Below are positions 9,594-19,125 of a DNA stretch of 64,000 nt, piece by piece. The translations under genes were made by a program, and so were the position numbers. Below the pieces are notes generated by a model that did no database searches, was not told where the DNA came from, and saw only the letters and a program-made list of their open reading frames with translations. How positions within the stretch are numbered: the stretch's first letter is position 1; every line of letters begins with the position of its first letter. The stretch spans positions 62,001 through 126,000 of IMG/VR virus record IMGVR_UViG_3300027759_006101; one strand, 5' to 3'.

Positions 9594-10123
9594 TACTTAC
9601 CTGTACTACCTAATCCACCCTTACGAGATGTCTTGTCAGTTTCACCAAATTCTTCTACTTCAACCAATTCGTGAACTGCCAGTTTAGCGACAACCATTTG
9701 GGCAATTCTGTCACCATGCTTGATTGAAAATGGAATCTTATTGTGATTAATAAGAATCACCTTGAGTTCAAAATCTTCCCCATCACCACAATAGTCACTG
9801 TCAATAGTACCTGGAGTATTAAGGACAGTAACACAAAACTTAGCAGCCAAACCAGAACGAGGGCGTATTTGAATTTCATAGCCGTTAGGAATATTTACGT
9901 TCAAACCAGTTGGAACAATCAAAGTTGAATGCGGAGCAATAAGAGTTTGCTCTTCGTATGAGTCCTTAACCCAAGCGCAAAGATCGTAACCAGCAGCACT
10001 TTCTGTTGCTTTTTTTGGAATTACTGCTCCTTCACGAAAAGCCTTAATCTCAACTGTTGCTTTAGGTCCAGTTATATTGCTGGCTCCTTTTCCTGTAACT
10101 TGTCCACTAGCTGATGTAGCCAT
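9593..10123 (-). CDS. dut: Trimeric dUTPase
   Basis: AAGYDL, RPRSGLA, GTIDSDYCG, GDRIAQ, RKGGLGSTG. Confidence 0.95.
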   Translation of the reverse strand: MATSASGQVTGKGASNITGPKATVEIKAFREGAVIPKKATESAAGYDLCAWVKDSYEEQTLIAPHSTLIVPTGLNVNIPNGYEIQIRPRSGLAAKFCVTVLNTPGTIDSDYCGDGEDFELKVILINHNKIPFSIKHGDRIAQMVVAKLAVHELVEVEEFGETDKTSRKGGLGSTGK

Positions 10124-10124
10124 T

Positions 10125-10442
10125 TTAAATACCTTCCTCGTTCTTAATCATATCTGTTGTAATTTCTTCGTCAGTTGGATTGAATACAAGAGACAAAGGC
10201 GTTTCACGATTTTTCAATGCAATCGTAAAATTGATCAATTCTCTTCCTTCTAAATATCTGTCCATTTTAGAAAGTTCTTTTATATCATCTAAACTTAAAA
10301 TAGCAGTATAAACTCTTTCGGACTTTAAATCTTGAAGTTGCAGCCAAATGTATTGAACAATTTTAGGATCGTCTTCAGTACCTTCGTCTTCCTTAAGCAC
10401 TGCATCAAGTATTTTTACTTCTCTAACTGTAGCTTTAGCCAT
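10125..10442 (-). CDS. Hypothetical protein
   Basis: ORF. Start moved to MAKATVRE (ATG at 10442) to avoid overlap with the divergent gene. Confidence 0.55.
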   Translation of the reverse strand: MAKATVREVKILDAVLKEDEGTEDDPKIVQYIWLQLQDLKSERVYTAILSLDDIKELSKMDRYLEGRELINFTIALKNRETPLSLVFNPTDEEITTDMIKNEEGI

Positions 10443-10445
10443 AAA

Positions 10446-10482
10446 AGGATTATATATTGTAAATAGTAAAATGTAAATAGTA
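10446..10482 (+). promoter_or_regulatory. Candidate phage late-type promoter: AGGA-N10-TAAATA plus tandem TGTAAATAGTA
   Basis: AGGA at 10446-49, TAAATA at 10460-65. TGTAAATAGTA occurs at 10458-68 and 10472-82, and also at 24-34 upstream of the first ORF. Confidence 0.4.
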
Positions 10483-10823
10483 TGTGGTACAAATCTGCTC
10501 AAATGACCTTTATGCAATCCCCTGAAACAAATGAGGAATGGTTAAGCAGACATAAGGTTGAAAAAGATGGCGATAAATATGTTTTTTATCACGGGTCTAG
10601 AATAAAATTTACTGAATTAAGAGCAGGCTCATTACTTGCTACATCCCCTCAAGAAGCTGCAGATTTTGGCGATACAAACTTTTTCAACGATAGAAGAAAA
10701 ACTTTAATCATCTACAAAGTTTTAGTTTCTCCCGATGAAATAATCCCAGGCTTTTGGGCAAAAGTTAAAAATAATCATCCTGTAGAAATTTACTATAAAT
10801 TATCAAGAAAAAGTACATCATAG
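10482..10823 (+). CDS. Small protein with ADP-ribosyltransferase-like motifs and an MWY tag
   Basis: Starts MWYKSAQ. YVFYHGS...F...LATSPQEAADF...IYKV resembles the H-G-[ST] / S-T-x-x-x-x-A ART pattern. Confidence 0.4.
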   Translation: MWYKSAQMTFMQSPETNEEWLSRHKVEKDGDKYVFYHGSRIKFTELRAGSLLATSPQEAADFGDTNFFNDRRKTLIIYKVLVSPDEIIPGFWAKVKNNHPVEIYYKLSRKSTS

Positions 10824-10845
10824 TTCACAATAAAGAGAAAAATAA

Positions 10846-12630
10846 ATGTGGTATTCTAAAACAATTTTAGCAGGAATTGAAGATGCGATTGAGGCCTTAA
10901 AAACAAAAGGCGTAAATGAAGAGATAATTAATTTTGTAACCAATCTTCCTGATGATAAAAAAGGTAAAGCTATTGGTGCGTTGAATCAAAATCCTTCTAT
11001 GATGATTGATGATTTGAAAAGTTTATTTCAATCCGGTTATAAGCCCTCAAGTCAAGAAAAGCAACTTGTTAAAGATTATGACCCAAGATTTCAAAGTTGG
11101 GCTTTGTATCAATATAAACTTTTGAGAGCTAATAAACTTACAGACGATCCTAATGACGACAGATGGGAATACAAGCAACCACTATCTGGCTATGCTGGAA
11201 TTAAAGACGATTTAGATGAAATTCACGACTTCTTTAGAGCACACACTTTAGACAATCCTAACTATAATCTTGGAACAAAATCATTCCAAGAAGCTTATGA
11301 TGACTCTGTTGAATGGCACAATGCTATGACAAAAAGAGGATCTGGAAAATTCTATTTACCATTTAAGAGAGATGAATCTGGAAATATAGTTGATGAAAAG
11401 ATTGTTCATAGATACGAAGATGGGTCTATGATGGTCAGAATAGACGATCCTAATGATTTAGATGTCGAAGGCAACTTTATGCATCACTGTGTAGGTTCAT
11501 ATGCAGATAGTGTAAAGTATGGAGACTGTACTATTTATTCCTTGAGAAATAAATATAATCTTCCTCAAGTCACAATTGAAGTAGACAAAAGTGGTGCAGT
11601 AAAACAAATCAAGGGACCAAGTAATAAATCTGTTGAAGATGATGAACAAGTAGAAAAAATTAAAGAATTTTTCGAAGGCAATGACAGTATCAAAAAAGAA
11701 TCTGGAGAAGGAATTGCCCATCAAAGAGCCAGAGATTGGTATCCTGCAGAAACTTATTGGGAAACAGGTCCAAAAGAAATTGGATATTCAATACACGAGT
11801 TTTCTTATGGTCCTTACTTAGCTGATTATGGTGATGGGTACGACAATACTCAATTTTCTCGTTTTGGTATTGGACCGACTGAATTTGACCAAGATGGATT
11901 TGGGAGAAAAAATCTTGAAAATGTTAATATGGATGAGTTAGTCAAAGAAACAACAGAAACGCTTGATAAGGGCTTAAGAGAGAAATACGAGTTAGATGAT
12001 TATAACTTTGAGAGATTAGCAGATATTATAGCAGAAGTTGGATATAATAAACTTGATTTAATGATTGATGATGTCTATGAATCAGAAGAAGATTTTTACA
12101 AGCAACATTCATATTATGTCCATAGATACGAAAATTACGAAGACTATAAAAAACAAAAAGCCCAACAAATACTAAGAAATAATCCATTGTTAGACTTAGT
12201 GTTTAATTTTGCAGAATCATTCAATCAGTTTTCAGAAAGTGTTAGAAATCCATATGACGATAAATATGAGCGTTTTGAAGATGAGAATGAATATGCAAAA
12301 AAAGCATTTGCGAAAATGCAAGATTCTGAATTTAGATTAAAAACAGAAATTGCTAAACAAGTTTATAATAACTATAGAGACAATCCAATAGTACAAAAAT
12401 TTCAAAATAAATTTGGAATGATATTTACTTTACCGGATACTACAGACATTCCTGAGACATACAAAGCACCAATGTCACTATTGACTAATACATACGAAGC
12501 ACCAACTCAACTAAGATTCCAAGATCTTCCAGAAGGTGGATCATTCAATTTAGCAAAGCATAGAAAAAATCAACAACAGAATCTTGAAGATGATAATTTA
12601 AAAATTCCTTTTGAAGATGATTTTGAATAA
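10846..12630 (+). CDS. PcfJ-like domain protein with MWY tag
   Basis: DLDVEGNFMHHCVGSY...IYSLRN....QVTIEV....VKQIKGPSN matches the PcfJ C-terminal pattern. Starts MWYSKTILA. Confidence 0.65.
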   Translation: MWYSKTILAGIEDAIEALKTKGVNEEIINFVTNLPDDKKGKAIGALNQNPSMMIDDLKSLFQSGYKPSSQEKQLVKDYDPRFQSWALYQYKLLRANKLTDDPNDDRWEYKQPLSGYAGIKDDLDEIHDFFRAHTLDNPNYNLGTKSFQEAYDDSVEWHNAMTKRGSGKFYLPFKRDESGNIVDEKIVHRYEDGSMMVRIDDPNDLDVEGNFMHHCVGSYADSVKYGDCTIYSLRNKYNLPQVTIEVDKSGAVKQIKGPSNKSVEDDEQVEKIKEFFEGNDSIKKESGEGIAHQRARDWYPAETYWETGPKEIGYSIHEFSYGPYLADYGDGYDNTQFSRFGIGPTEFDQDGFGRKNLENVNMDELVKETTETLDKGLREKYELDDYNFERLADIIAEVGYNKLDLMIDDVYESEEDFYKQHSYYVHRYENYEDYKKQKAQQILRNNPLLDLVFNFAESFNQFSESVRNPYDDKYERFEDENEYAKKAFAKMQDSEFRLKTEIAKQVYNNYRDNPIVQKFQNKFGMIFTLPDTTDIPETYKAPMSLLTNTYEAPTQLRFQDLPEGGSFNLAKHRKNQQQNLEDDNLKIPFEDDFE

Positions 12631-12636
12631 ATAAAA

Positions 12637-15492
12637 TTAAGTCTTTTTTCTTATCATATAGGTTAGTTTATCTGCTAACCTATATTCTTTTTTAAAATCT
12701 AGTTTTTGAGCAATTTTTAGCATAGATTTAACAGAAGCTAATACATCTTCATCATCTTCATCATCTTCATCATCATATTCATCTTCATCTTCTTCATCAT
12801 CTTCATCATCTTCATCATCTTCATCATCTTCAATGAGGTTTTGTTGATTTTGTGCTTGTGGTTGATATGGCCTGTTATATTGTTCTTGTCTATCTAATTG
12901 AAATTGTCTATATTCTTCCAATTTTTCTCTTGAAATATTTTGGAATAATTCTGGGTTTTGTTGTTTAAATTGAGGTGTAGTATTCATCAAAGGAATATAT
13001 TCTTTGAATAAATGTGGTTTTTGATTTGCAAAAATAGAAATCATACCAGGAGACAAATACTGTCGTGATGATTGTAAGATTTTGATAAAAGTTTGGTCCG
13101 AAAGTTTATTCAAAACCTCTGGATACCAAGAGATTAATGTTTCAAATTTACTCAAATCCCAAAAACTACTACTTAATTTTTCCAAAAGCTCAAATAATAA
13201 ATTTTCATCATTGTTATTACTAATTAAATTAACAATAAAAGTATTTGGCTTAAGAATTACAATACTTCTCCAAGCTTGACCAGAGTCTAAATATTCTCTT
13301 ATATTCTTAAAATATTTTTCATATTCATTAACATTTGTACGATCTAGCACAAAAGTCATCACGTCTTTACGTGCGTGTGACTTTACAATATTTACAAATT
13401 CATCAGAAGAAGATACTTCTTTTGGAAGATAATCAAAAAACATTGATAATCGTTGATATTGTTTGTCAGAATCTTCATCAACTTCATCTTCATCGTAGTT
13501 ATCATCATCTTCGTCACCTATAGGATGTAAAAGATGAATTTTTTTGAAAACACTACCAACTAATTTATCAAAATATTCGATTGATGTTTTCCAGAATTCA
13601 ATATTATTCTTATCATTAGCATTGACATCTGCATAATCATCCATCAAATAAATAATTCTTGTCAAATTATCCAAAATATTTCCAGGTTGAGATGGTGGAA
13701 GATTTTGATAATCTTTATAATCAAGATAATTTGCTTTATCTACTGCTTTGTAAACTATAAATTCAGGATCGTCCTTAAATTTATCAGGAACAATTTTCCA
13801 TAAATCCGACCATTTAGAAAGCTCATTAACATTAAAGAGCATGTCTATATTATATTTTTCATTTCTTGCTCTTTCTAATAATGGTGCTATTGCTTCTGGA
13901 ATTTGCAATAACAATCTTGTATTTTCTAAAGTTGGGTATTTTTTGTATACGCTTTCTATTCCTTTGATAATAGCTAACTTGTTTACAAATTCATCATTGA
14001 AATCTATTTCGGCATTATTATCAGTGTTTTTGAGTCCAATTTGAGGGAGAGCTATAGACCAGTTTTGAGGAAAATTTCTGAATTGCCCCCCTTTTGAAGA
14101 TCTATCTAAAATCTTTTGCTTTACTTCTTCATTATTAGTGTCAATATATTCGAGGAATGCAAAATTAGTATTTGCACCTTGTTCAACACCAGCAAGTTGT
14201 TGTTTTAAATAAGAATTTAGCAATTGTCTGTTTTTGCTAATTCTATCAGTTTGATTTTTTGGAAGAGTCAAACCAGTATTTACATATTGAACAAGAATAT
14301 TGTTTCCACCAGGAGTATCGAAAAGATAATTGAAAATTCTGTCAGGCAAAATCCAACCTGTTCCAATAAATTTAGACAAATATGTTTTTGCATCATCTGT
14401 CTCAACTATAATTTTTGAATACACTTCCTTAGAAGGATCATTGCCAAAAGGAATTTTAGAGACTATACGTTCTTCAGGTAAAATTAATGGATGATAACCA
14501 CGGACTTCATTTACAAAAGGAATAAATTTTCCTCTTTCTTGTAAAAAATATGCGTTATTTTCTTCAGGTGAAAATTTAATTTCAAATTTTCCCTTATCCC
14601 ACATTCTCAAATCTTCTTCAGTAAAGGGACTTTCACGTTTACCGTAAGCATAAGATTTTACATAATGAGATAATTCAGATATCAATCGCTCCTCTGGAGA
14701 TATGGGTTTGTTTTTTAAGATCTTTTCTTCTTTGCCAGTTTCAGGATTAATTGTTCGAGCGTCAATATTTACGCCTTTGCTCTTCAAATATTTAAGATAT
14801 GTTGGAATGTCTCTTCCGGTAATTGTTCGACCTTTGTACTCAAAAGAAATATCTTCAGTTAATTGTGGACCTGTTCTGTTAACTGTATCAGTGATTTTAA
14901 TATCTTTTGAATTATATTGCAATGCTACTTTTCTTACGTTAGATGTAGGAGGATTTTCATCCCAAACAATAAAAAATGTAGCAGCTTGATTACTTCTATA
15001 ACTTTGCCACATATTATTGGGGCCTTTGTAAGCTATACACCAAGAAGTATCAGCAGCTAAATCTTTGCTGTCCTGTGCTTTTTCTACCTTAAATATTTGT
15101 ATACCATCACCAGTCAAGACAGGAGTATGTTCCGAAATATCTGCTTCAGGTTGTACTTCTTGCTTTTTGACTATTGGGAATTTGCCGTGAACAAAATCTA
15201 TTAGCTCTTCTAAATCATTTAATTGATTATCATTTATAACAACAAAACTTTTAGATACTTTGATATTGGCTGGATTTAATTTTTTAATATTAATATATTC
15301 AGTAAGATGGCTAACAATATCATTAATAGCAAATTCATCAGAATCTCTTGCTAACATCCAAGCAGCAATAGGTTTAAAGACAGAACTATAATTATTTACA
15401 ATTTCTTTATAGCTGTTATAATCTTTTCCAACAGACTTGAAAATTGAAATAAATAATTCTTTATTTGCTATTACTATACGATTATTAAACAT
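12637..15492 (-). CDS. Large orphan protein, paralog of 15485-18511, with C-terminal acidic tract and helical-hairpin tag
   Basis: Shared block T[SR]WCI[AG]YKGPNNMWQSYR...FF.V.D.NPPT.N.RKVAL and NPETG.E.ILKNKP. Ends KIAQKLDFKKEYRLADKLT. Confidence 0.7.
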   Translation of the reverse strand: MFNNRIVIANKELFISIFKSVGKDYNSYKEIVNNYSSVFKPIAAWMLARDSDEFAINDIVSHLTEYINIKKLNPANIKVSKSFVVINDNQLNDLEELIDFVHGKFPIVKKQEVQPEADISEHTPVLTGDGIQIFKVEKAQDSKDLAADTSWCIAYKGPNNMWQSYRSNQAATFFIVWDENPPTSNVRKVALQYNSKDIKITDTVNRTGPQLTEDISFEYKGRTITGRDIPTYLKYLKSKGVNIDARTINPETGKEEKILKNKPISPEERLISELSHYVKSYAYGKRESPFTEEDLRMWDKGKFEIKFSPEENNAYFLQERGKFIPFVNEVRGYHPLILPEERIVSKIPFGNDPSKEVYSKIIVETDDAKTYLSKFIGTGWILPDRIFNYLFDTPGGNNILVQYVNTGLTLPKNQTDRISKNRQLLNSYLKQQLAGVEQGANTNFAFLEYIDTNNEEVKQKILDRSSKGGQFRNFPQNWSIALPQIGLKNTDNNAEIDFNDEFVNKLAIIKGIESVYKKYPTLENTRLLLQIPEAIAPLLERARNEKYNIDMLFNVNELSKWSDLWKIVPDKFKDDPEFIVYKAVDKANYLDYKDYQNLPPSQPGNILDNLTRIIYLMDDYADVNANDKNNIEFWKTSIEYFDKLVGSVFKKIHLLHPIGDEDDDNYDEDEVDEDSDKQYQRLSMFFDYLPKEVSSSDEFVNIVKSHARKDVMTFVLDRTNVNEYEKYFKNIREYLDSGQAWRSIVILKPNTFIVNLISNNNDENLLFELLEKLSSSFWDLSKFETLISWYPEVLNKLSDQTFIKILQSSRQYLSPGMISIFANQKPHLFKEYIPLMNTTPQFKQQNPELFQNISREKLEEYRQFQLDRQEQYNRPYQPQAQNQQNLIEDDEDDEDDEDDEEDEDEYDDEDDEDDEDVLASVKSMLKIAQKLDFKKEYRLADKLTYMIRKKT
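12746..12832 (-). repeat. Low-complexity GAT/GAA repeat encoding a poly-D/E tract
   Basis: TCATCTTCA-type iterations on the + strand. Encodes EDDEDDEDDEDDEEDEDEYDDEDDEDDED. Confidence 0.85.
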
Positions 15493-18400
15493 TGTATTTT
15501 CTCAATATATTTGTAAACTTATCTGCTAACTTGTATTGATAATTAAAATCTAATTTCTGTGCTATTTTCACCATTGATTTTACAAAGGCAGTAATAGGTT
15601 CTTCTTCTTCATCTTCTTCAGTTTCTTCTGACGCAAATGGATCAGGTAATTCTTCTTGTGTCCCAGGCGGTGTAGGTCTTTTGCCTTTCATCACTTTGCC
15701 AGTTTCTTCATCAAAATATCCAGTGCCATATTTTGATTTTCTTTCATATGCAAGAATTCTTGGAGCAAGGTTAGGATACATATGAACTAAAGCTGCCCTT
15801 ATTTCTGGCAATATATCCACATAAACATCTCTCTCTAAAATTCTCGTTTCAAAATATTTAGGATAATTTCTTAATAAATGCAATTGATGATTTAAATTTG
15901 GACGATTTCTAAAATAACTAAATATTCCTAAATTATAAAAATTTGGATCTTCTTTTACTTCTGGATAATGATGTGTATATATATCCAAAAATTCTAACAT
16001 AATATCTGGTGTAAAGTTGTTAAATGAATCAATTTCTTCATCACTAAATTTTCTTTTTTCAAGTATTTTTGAGAGGAATTCAAATGCATAACTTCTACCA
16101 CGATATAATACTCTGTAAAATTCAGATCTTACATTTCTTTCACCATCTAGAAATTGATTTATGTAGTCTTCATATAGCCAAGGTGTTTTTTCAATGTCTA
16201 TATTAGACATAAAATTCTTAGCAGAAATGCTGTTCATTCTTCTCTGCAAAAATTCTTTAATTTCAGGATCTTCTAAAAATTCTTGTGGAATAAACTTTAA
16301 AATGTTTGCAAAATCATTTTCACCAAAATTAAGTTCACTACCTATCCAATCAGCAAAATGATCTATATTCTTAAAGAAATTTTTCCAAAAATTTATATCT
16401 TGTATTGCATTTTGAAATTCTTGGATTGCATCTCTGAAATTTTCTTTTGCTTCATCACTCATCTCTAATTCTTCAAACTTCTTAAATAATTTGCCATCAT
16501 TATAAATAGCCCATAATAAAGTTTGATTTGCATTATTAGGAACAATTTCTTCTGGTCTATCTTTGTATGCGTAGTGTGCGTCTTTTAAGATTGTTTGTTC
16601 GTGTTCTTTAAGATCAAATGCAAAATTTATGGTTGGATTATCACTCCAATCAGAATGGTAACTTTCAGTAAATTCGTCATAATTATTAAAAGAAAATTCA
16701 CGCAAAACATCTACATTTTTAATTTGAGAAATTAACGAAAGATCAAATGGATCGTTAGAATTGTAATATTTAACAATTTTTTCGGAAGGTTTTGGACATA
16801 ATATTGAATACTTTACTTCTTCCAATACCCCAAGTTCTTTTGCTTTTTCAAAATCTTCTGCATTGAAACCAGTTGCCATTGCCACTTCTTTGATAAGTGA
16901 TTTATCCCCTGATTGCAATACGACATTTTTCAAATCTTGTTTTGGAAAAGCCGAAGTAAAATCTACTAAATCTTTATCTGTCAATCTATTTTTTGCATAT
17001 AATAAATATAATTCAGGAAATTTAGGATCTTCGAAAATAAAATTTCGTATACCATTTGGAACAAAAGTTTTTACAGTGCTAATATATTTTATCAACAAAT
17101 CTCTGTCGTTTAAATCCAACAATAAATCGGCATCAGCAGTTTCGGCGTATGTTGAACCTGATTGCAAATAGTCTTTTTCAATCAAAGTTTCAAGATAAAT
17201 TCTCAATAAATCTGGTTTTTTTCTTAAGTCTTGTCTAGCAACTTCATTTATACCGCCCTGTTTTTCAATTAATTGTTTAAATAAATCTTTTCTATTTAAG
17301 TTTATTAAATCAATTTGCATAAGAGGGCTAAATCTTCTACCAGCTATAATTTGACTTCTTAAGTATGAAGTAAGTAAATTTTTGTTATTTCTAAAAAATT
17401 GATATTGCGTTTCAGAAAGTTGCAAACCAGTGTTGACATATTTCATCAACAAATCTTCACCACCAACACTTCTAGATAAATATTCTAAAACTTCATCTTT
17501 TACACGTTTGCCTAAACCCATCCATCTCGAAGTATAGAATTTAGCATCAGGGTTATTAAGGATGTACGCAATACCAGATCTATCTGAAATCTCTTCTATA
17601 ATATCTAAACTATTTTTATCTATTCTTTTTATGTCACTATCTTCGCCATTGACTTTAGATTTTCCAGATTGCCATAAAAGAATATCTTCCACACCCAAAG
17701 CAGCTATATAATTGAATGTGCCATTTTGTAATCTTTCTTCTGTAGTTTTGGGTTTGTTCTTGAGAATTAATTCTTCTTGACCAGTTTCGGGATTTTGTCT
17801 TGTTGCCTGTAAATTAATTCCCTTACCAGTCAAGTATTCAGAATATTTATCCCAATCCCATCCATTTGAAAGTTGATGTCCTGTCATATTTGGAATGTCT
17901 GTTAATAAAACATTACCTGAAGCAAAATCAAGAGCAACTTTTCGTTGATTTTCTGTAGGAGGATTATTATCAAAAACTACAAAAAAAGAAGCATCGTGCG
18001 AATCTCTATAAGATTGCCACATATTATTTGGGCCTTTATAGCCGATACACCATCTTGTATCATCACCAACTAATCTTCTACCATCGTTGGCATCATTTAT
18101 CTCAAATATCTTAATGGAATTATCTTTATTTGCTACAACAGGAACATCTTCAATTTCAGTATTTTCAGCCTGTTTTTCAGCTTGCAAAATAGGAAATTGA
18201 GCGTGGATATATTCTGTTAGTTTAATTGCATCATCAAAAACTTTATCGTTTATTTTGACAGCTTTTGCGCCAACTGAATATTTAGTAATTCTTCTTGAGT
18301 CAATATATTTTTGTATAGCTTCAATATATTCATTTGGTTCAATATTACGGGCCAATAACCAAGCAGCAAATACTTGATACTTTTGATCATATTGCTTTAC

Positions 18401-18511
18401 TGTTTCTCTTAAGTCTTGATAATATTCTGCATCTTTGCCCAAATGATTACAAATACCTTGAATATCTTCTTTTATGCCAGCTGTAACAATCCTGAGACTA
18501 TACCTTTTCAT
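15485..18511 (-). CDS. Large orphan protein, paralog of 12637-15492, with C-terminal helical-hairpin tag
   Basis: 1008 aa. N-terminal ~270 aa aligns by eye with its neighbour. Ends KIAQKLDFNYQYKLADKFT. Confidence 0.7.
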   Translation of the reverse strand: MKRYSLRIVTAGIKEDIQGICNHLGKDAEYYQDLRETVKQYDQKYQVFAAWLLARNIEPNEYIEAIQKYIDSRRITKYSVGAKAVKINDKVFDDAIKLTEYIHAQFPILQAEKQAENTEIEDVPVVANKDNSIKIFEINDANDGRRLVGDDTRWCIGYKGPNNMWQSYRDSHDASFFVVFDNNPPTENQRKVALDFASGNVLLTDIPNMTGHQLSNGWDWDKYSEYLTGKGINLQATRQNPETGQEELILKNKPKTTEERLQNGTFNYIAALGVEDILLWQSGKSKVNGEDSDIKRIDKNSLDIIEEISDRSGIAYILNNPDAKFYTSRWMGLGKRVKDEVLEYLSRSVGGEDLLMKYVNTGLQLSETQYQFFRNNKNLLTSYLRSQIIAGRRFSPLMQIDLINLNRKDLFKQLIEKQGGINEVARQDLRKKPDLLRIYLETLIEKDYLQSGSTYAETADADLLLDLNDRDLLIKYISTVKTFVPNGIRNFIFEDPKFPELYLLYAKNRLTDKDLVDFTSAFPKQDLKNVVLQSGDKSLIKEVAMATGFNAEDFEKAKELGVLEEVKYSILCPKPSEKIVKYYNSNDPFDLSLISQIKNVDVLREFSFNNYDEFTESYHSDWSDNPTINFAFDLKEHEQTILKDAHYAYKDRPEEIVPNNANQTLLWAIYNDGKLFKKFEELEMSDEAKENFRDAIQEFQNAIQDINFWKNFFKNIDHFADWIGSELNFGENDFANILKFIPQEFLEDPEIKEFLQRRMNSISAKNFMSNIDIEKTPWLYEDYINQFLDGERNVRSEFYRVLYRGRSYAFEFLSKILEKRKFSDEEIDSFNNFTPDIMLEFLDIYTHHYPEVKEDPNFYNLGIFSYFRNRPNLNHQLHLLRNYPKYFETRILERDVYVDILPEIRAALVHMYPNLAPRILAYERKSKYGTGYFDEETGKVMKGKRPTPPGTQEELPDPFASEETEEDEEEEPITAFVKSMVKIAQKLDFNYQYKLADKFTNILRKYNV

Positions 18512-18598
18512 AACATTTTTATTCCATTATTTAGTATACAGTTTCCTATTTTTAGCTTATCAGAAGGAACAAATAATTCTTGAATCAAATGAATTAGT

Positions 18599-19075
18599 AT
18601 GTGGTACAGAACAGCGCAATCAACTTACGAAATTCATCCAAAGGAAGATCAAGCCAGAAAATACTATGGTATTACTACAAATGCATACAAAGCTGGCTAT
18701 ATATTAAGAGATGGAAAATTTCTTGATTATTCTGAAGGGCAACCTGAAAGAACTTTAGACCATAGAGATATACAAAATATTATGGATGATCCTGAAGAAT
18801 CTAAAGGTGATAGATATTCTGATTATGTTGAACCATTTCTCAATCTAACAGGTGCAATTAGAGCTTCTTATCAAAATGGTGAATGGAGTGTTGACTTTAA
18901 TACAATTCCCACAAGCAATCAAATCAGTGAAATACTAAAATGGGTCATTCCAGGCAAATATTTCCATTATGATATAGAACCGCTTGGAATTAAAAGTTCT
19001 ATAGAAAATGCTAATAAAAGAAAAGTTGAGAATAAGCTTGAGGAAATAAGAAATCTTTTATCAGGTGTAATGTAA
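18599..19075 (+). CDS. Hypothetical protein with MWY tag and a GYILxDG...DHRxI domain
   Basis: Starts MWYRTAQ. YGITT....AGYILRDGKFLDYS......DHRDI...GAIR. Confidence 0.55.
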   Translation: MWYRTAQSTYEIHPKEDQARKYYGITTNAYKAGYILRDGKFLDYSEGQPERTLDHRDIQNIMDDPEESKGDRYSDYVEPFLNLTGAIRASYQNGEWSVDFNTIPTSNQISEILKWVIPGKYFHYDIEPLGIKSSIENANKRKVENKLEEIRNLLSGVM

Positions 19076-19092
19076 TTTCTTAAGTATACAAT

Positions 19093-19125
19093 AAAAAAAA
19101 GAGGGGATTTCTCCCCTCTTTTTTT
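19093..19125. terminator. Bidirectional intrinsic terminator
   Basis: A8-GAGGGGA-TTTC-TCCCCTC-T7 between the convergent 18599 gene and nrdA. Confidence 0.9.
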
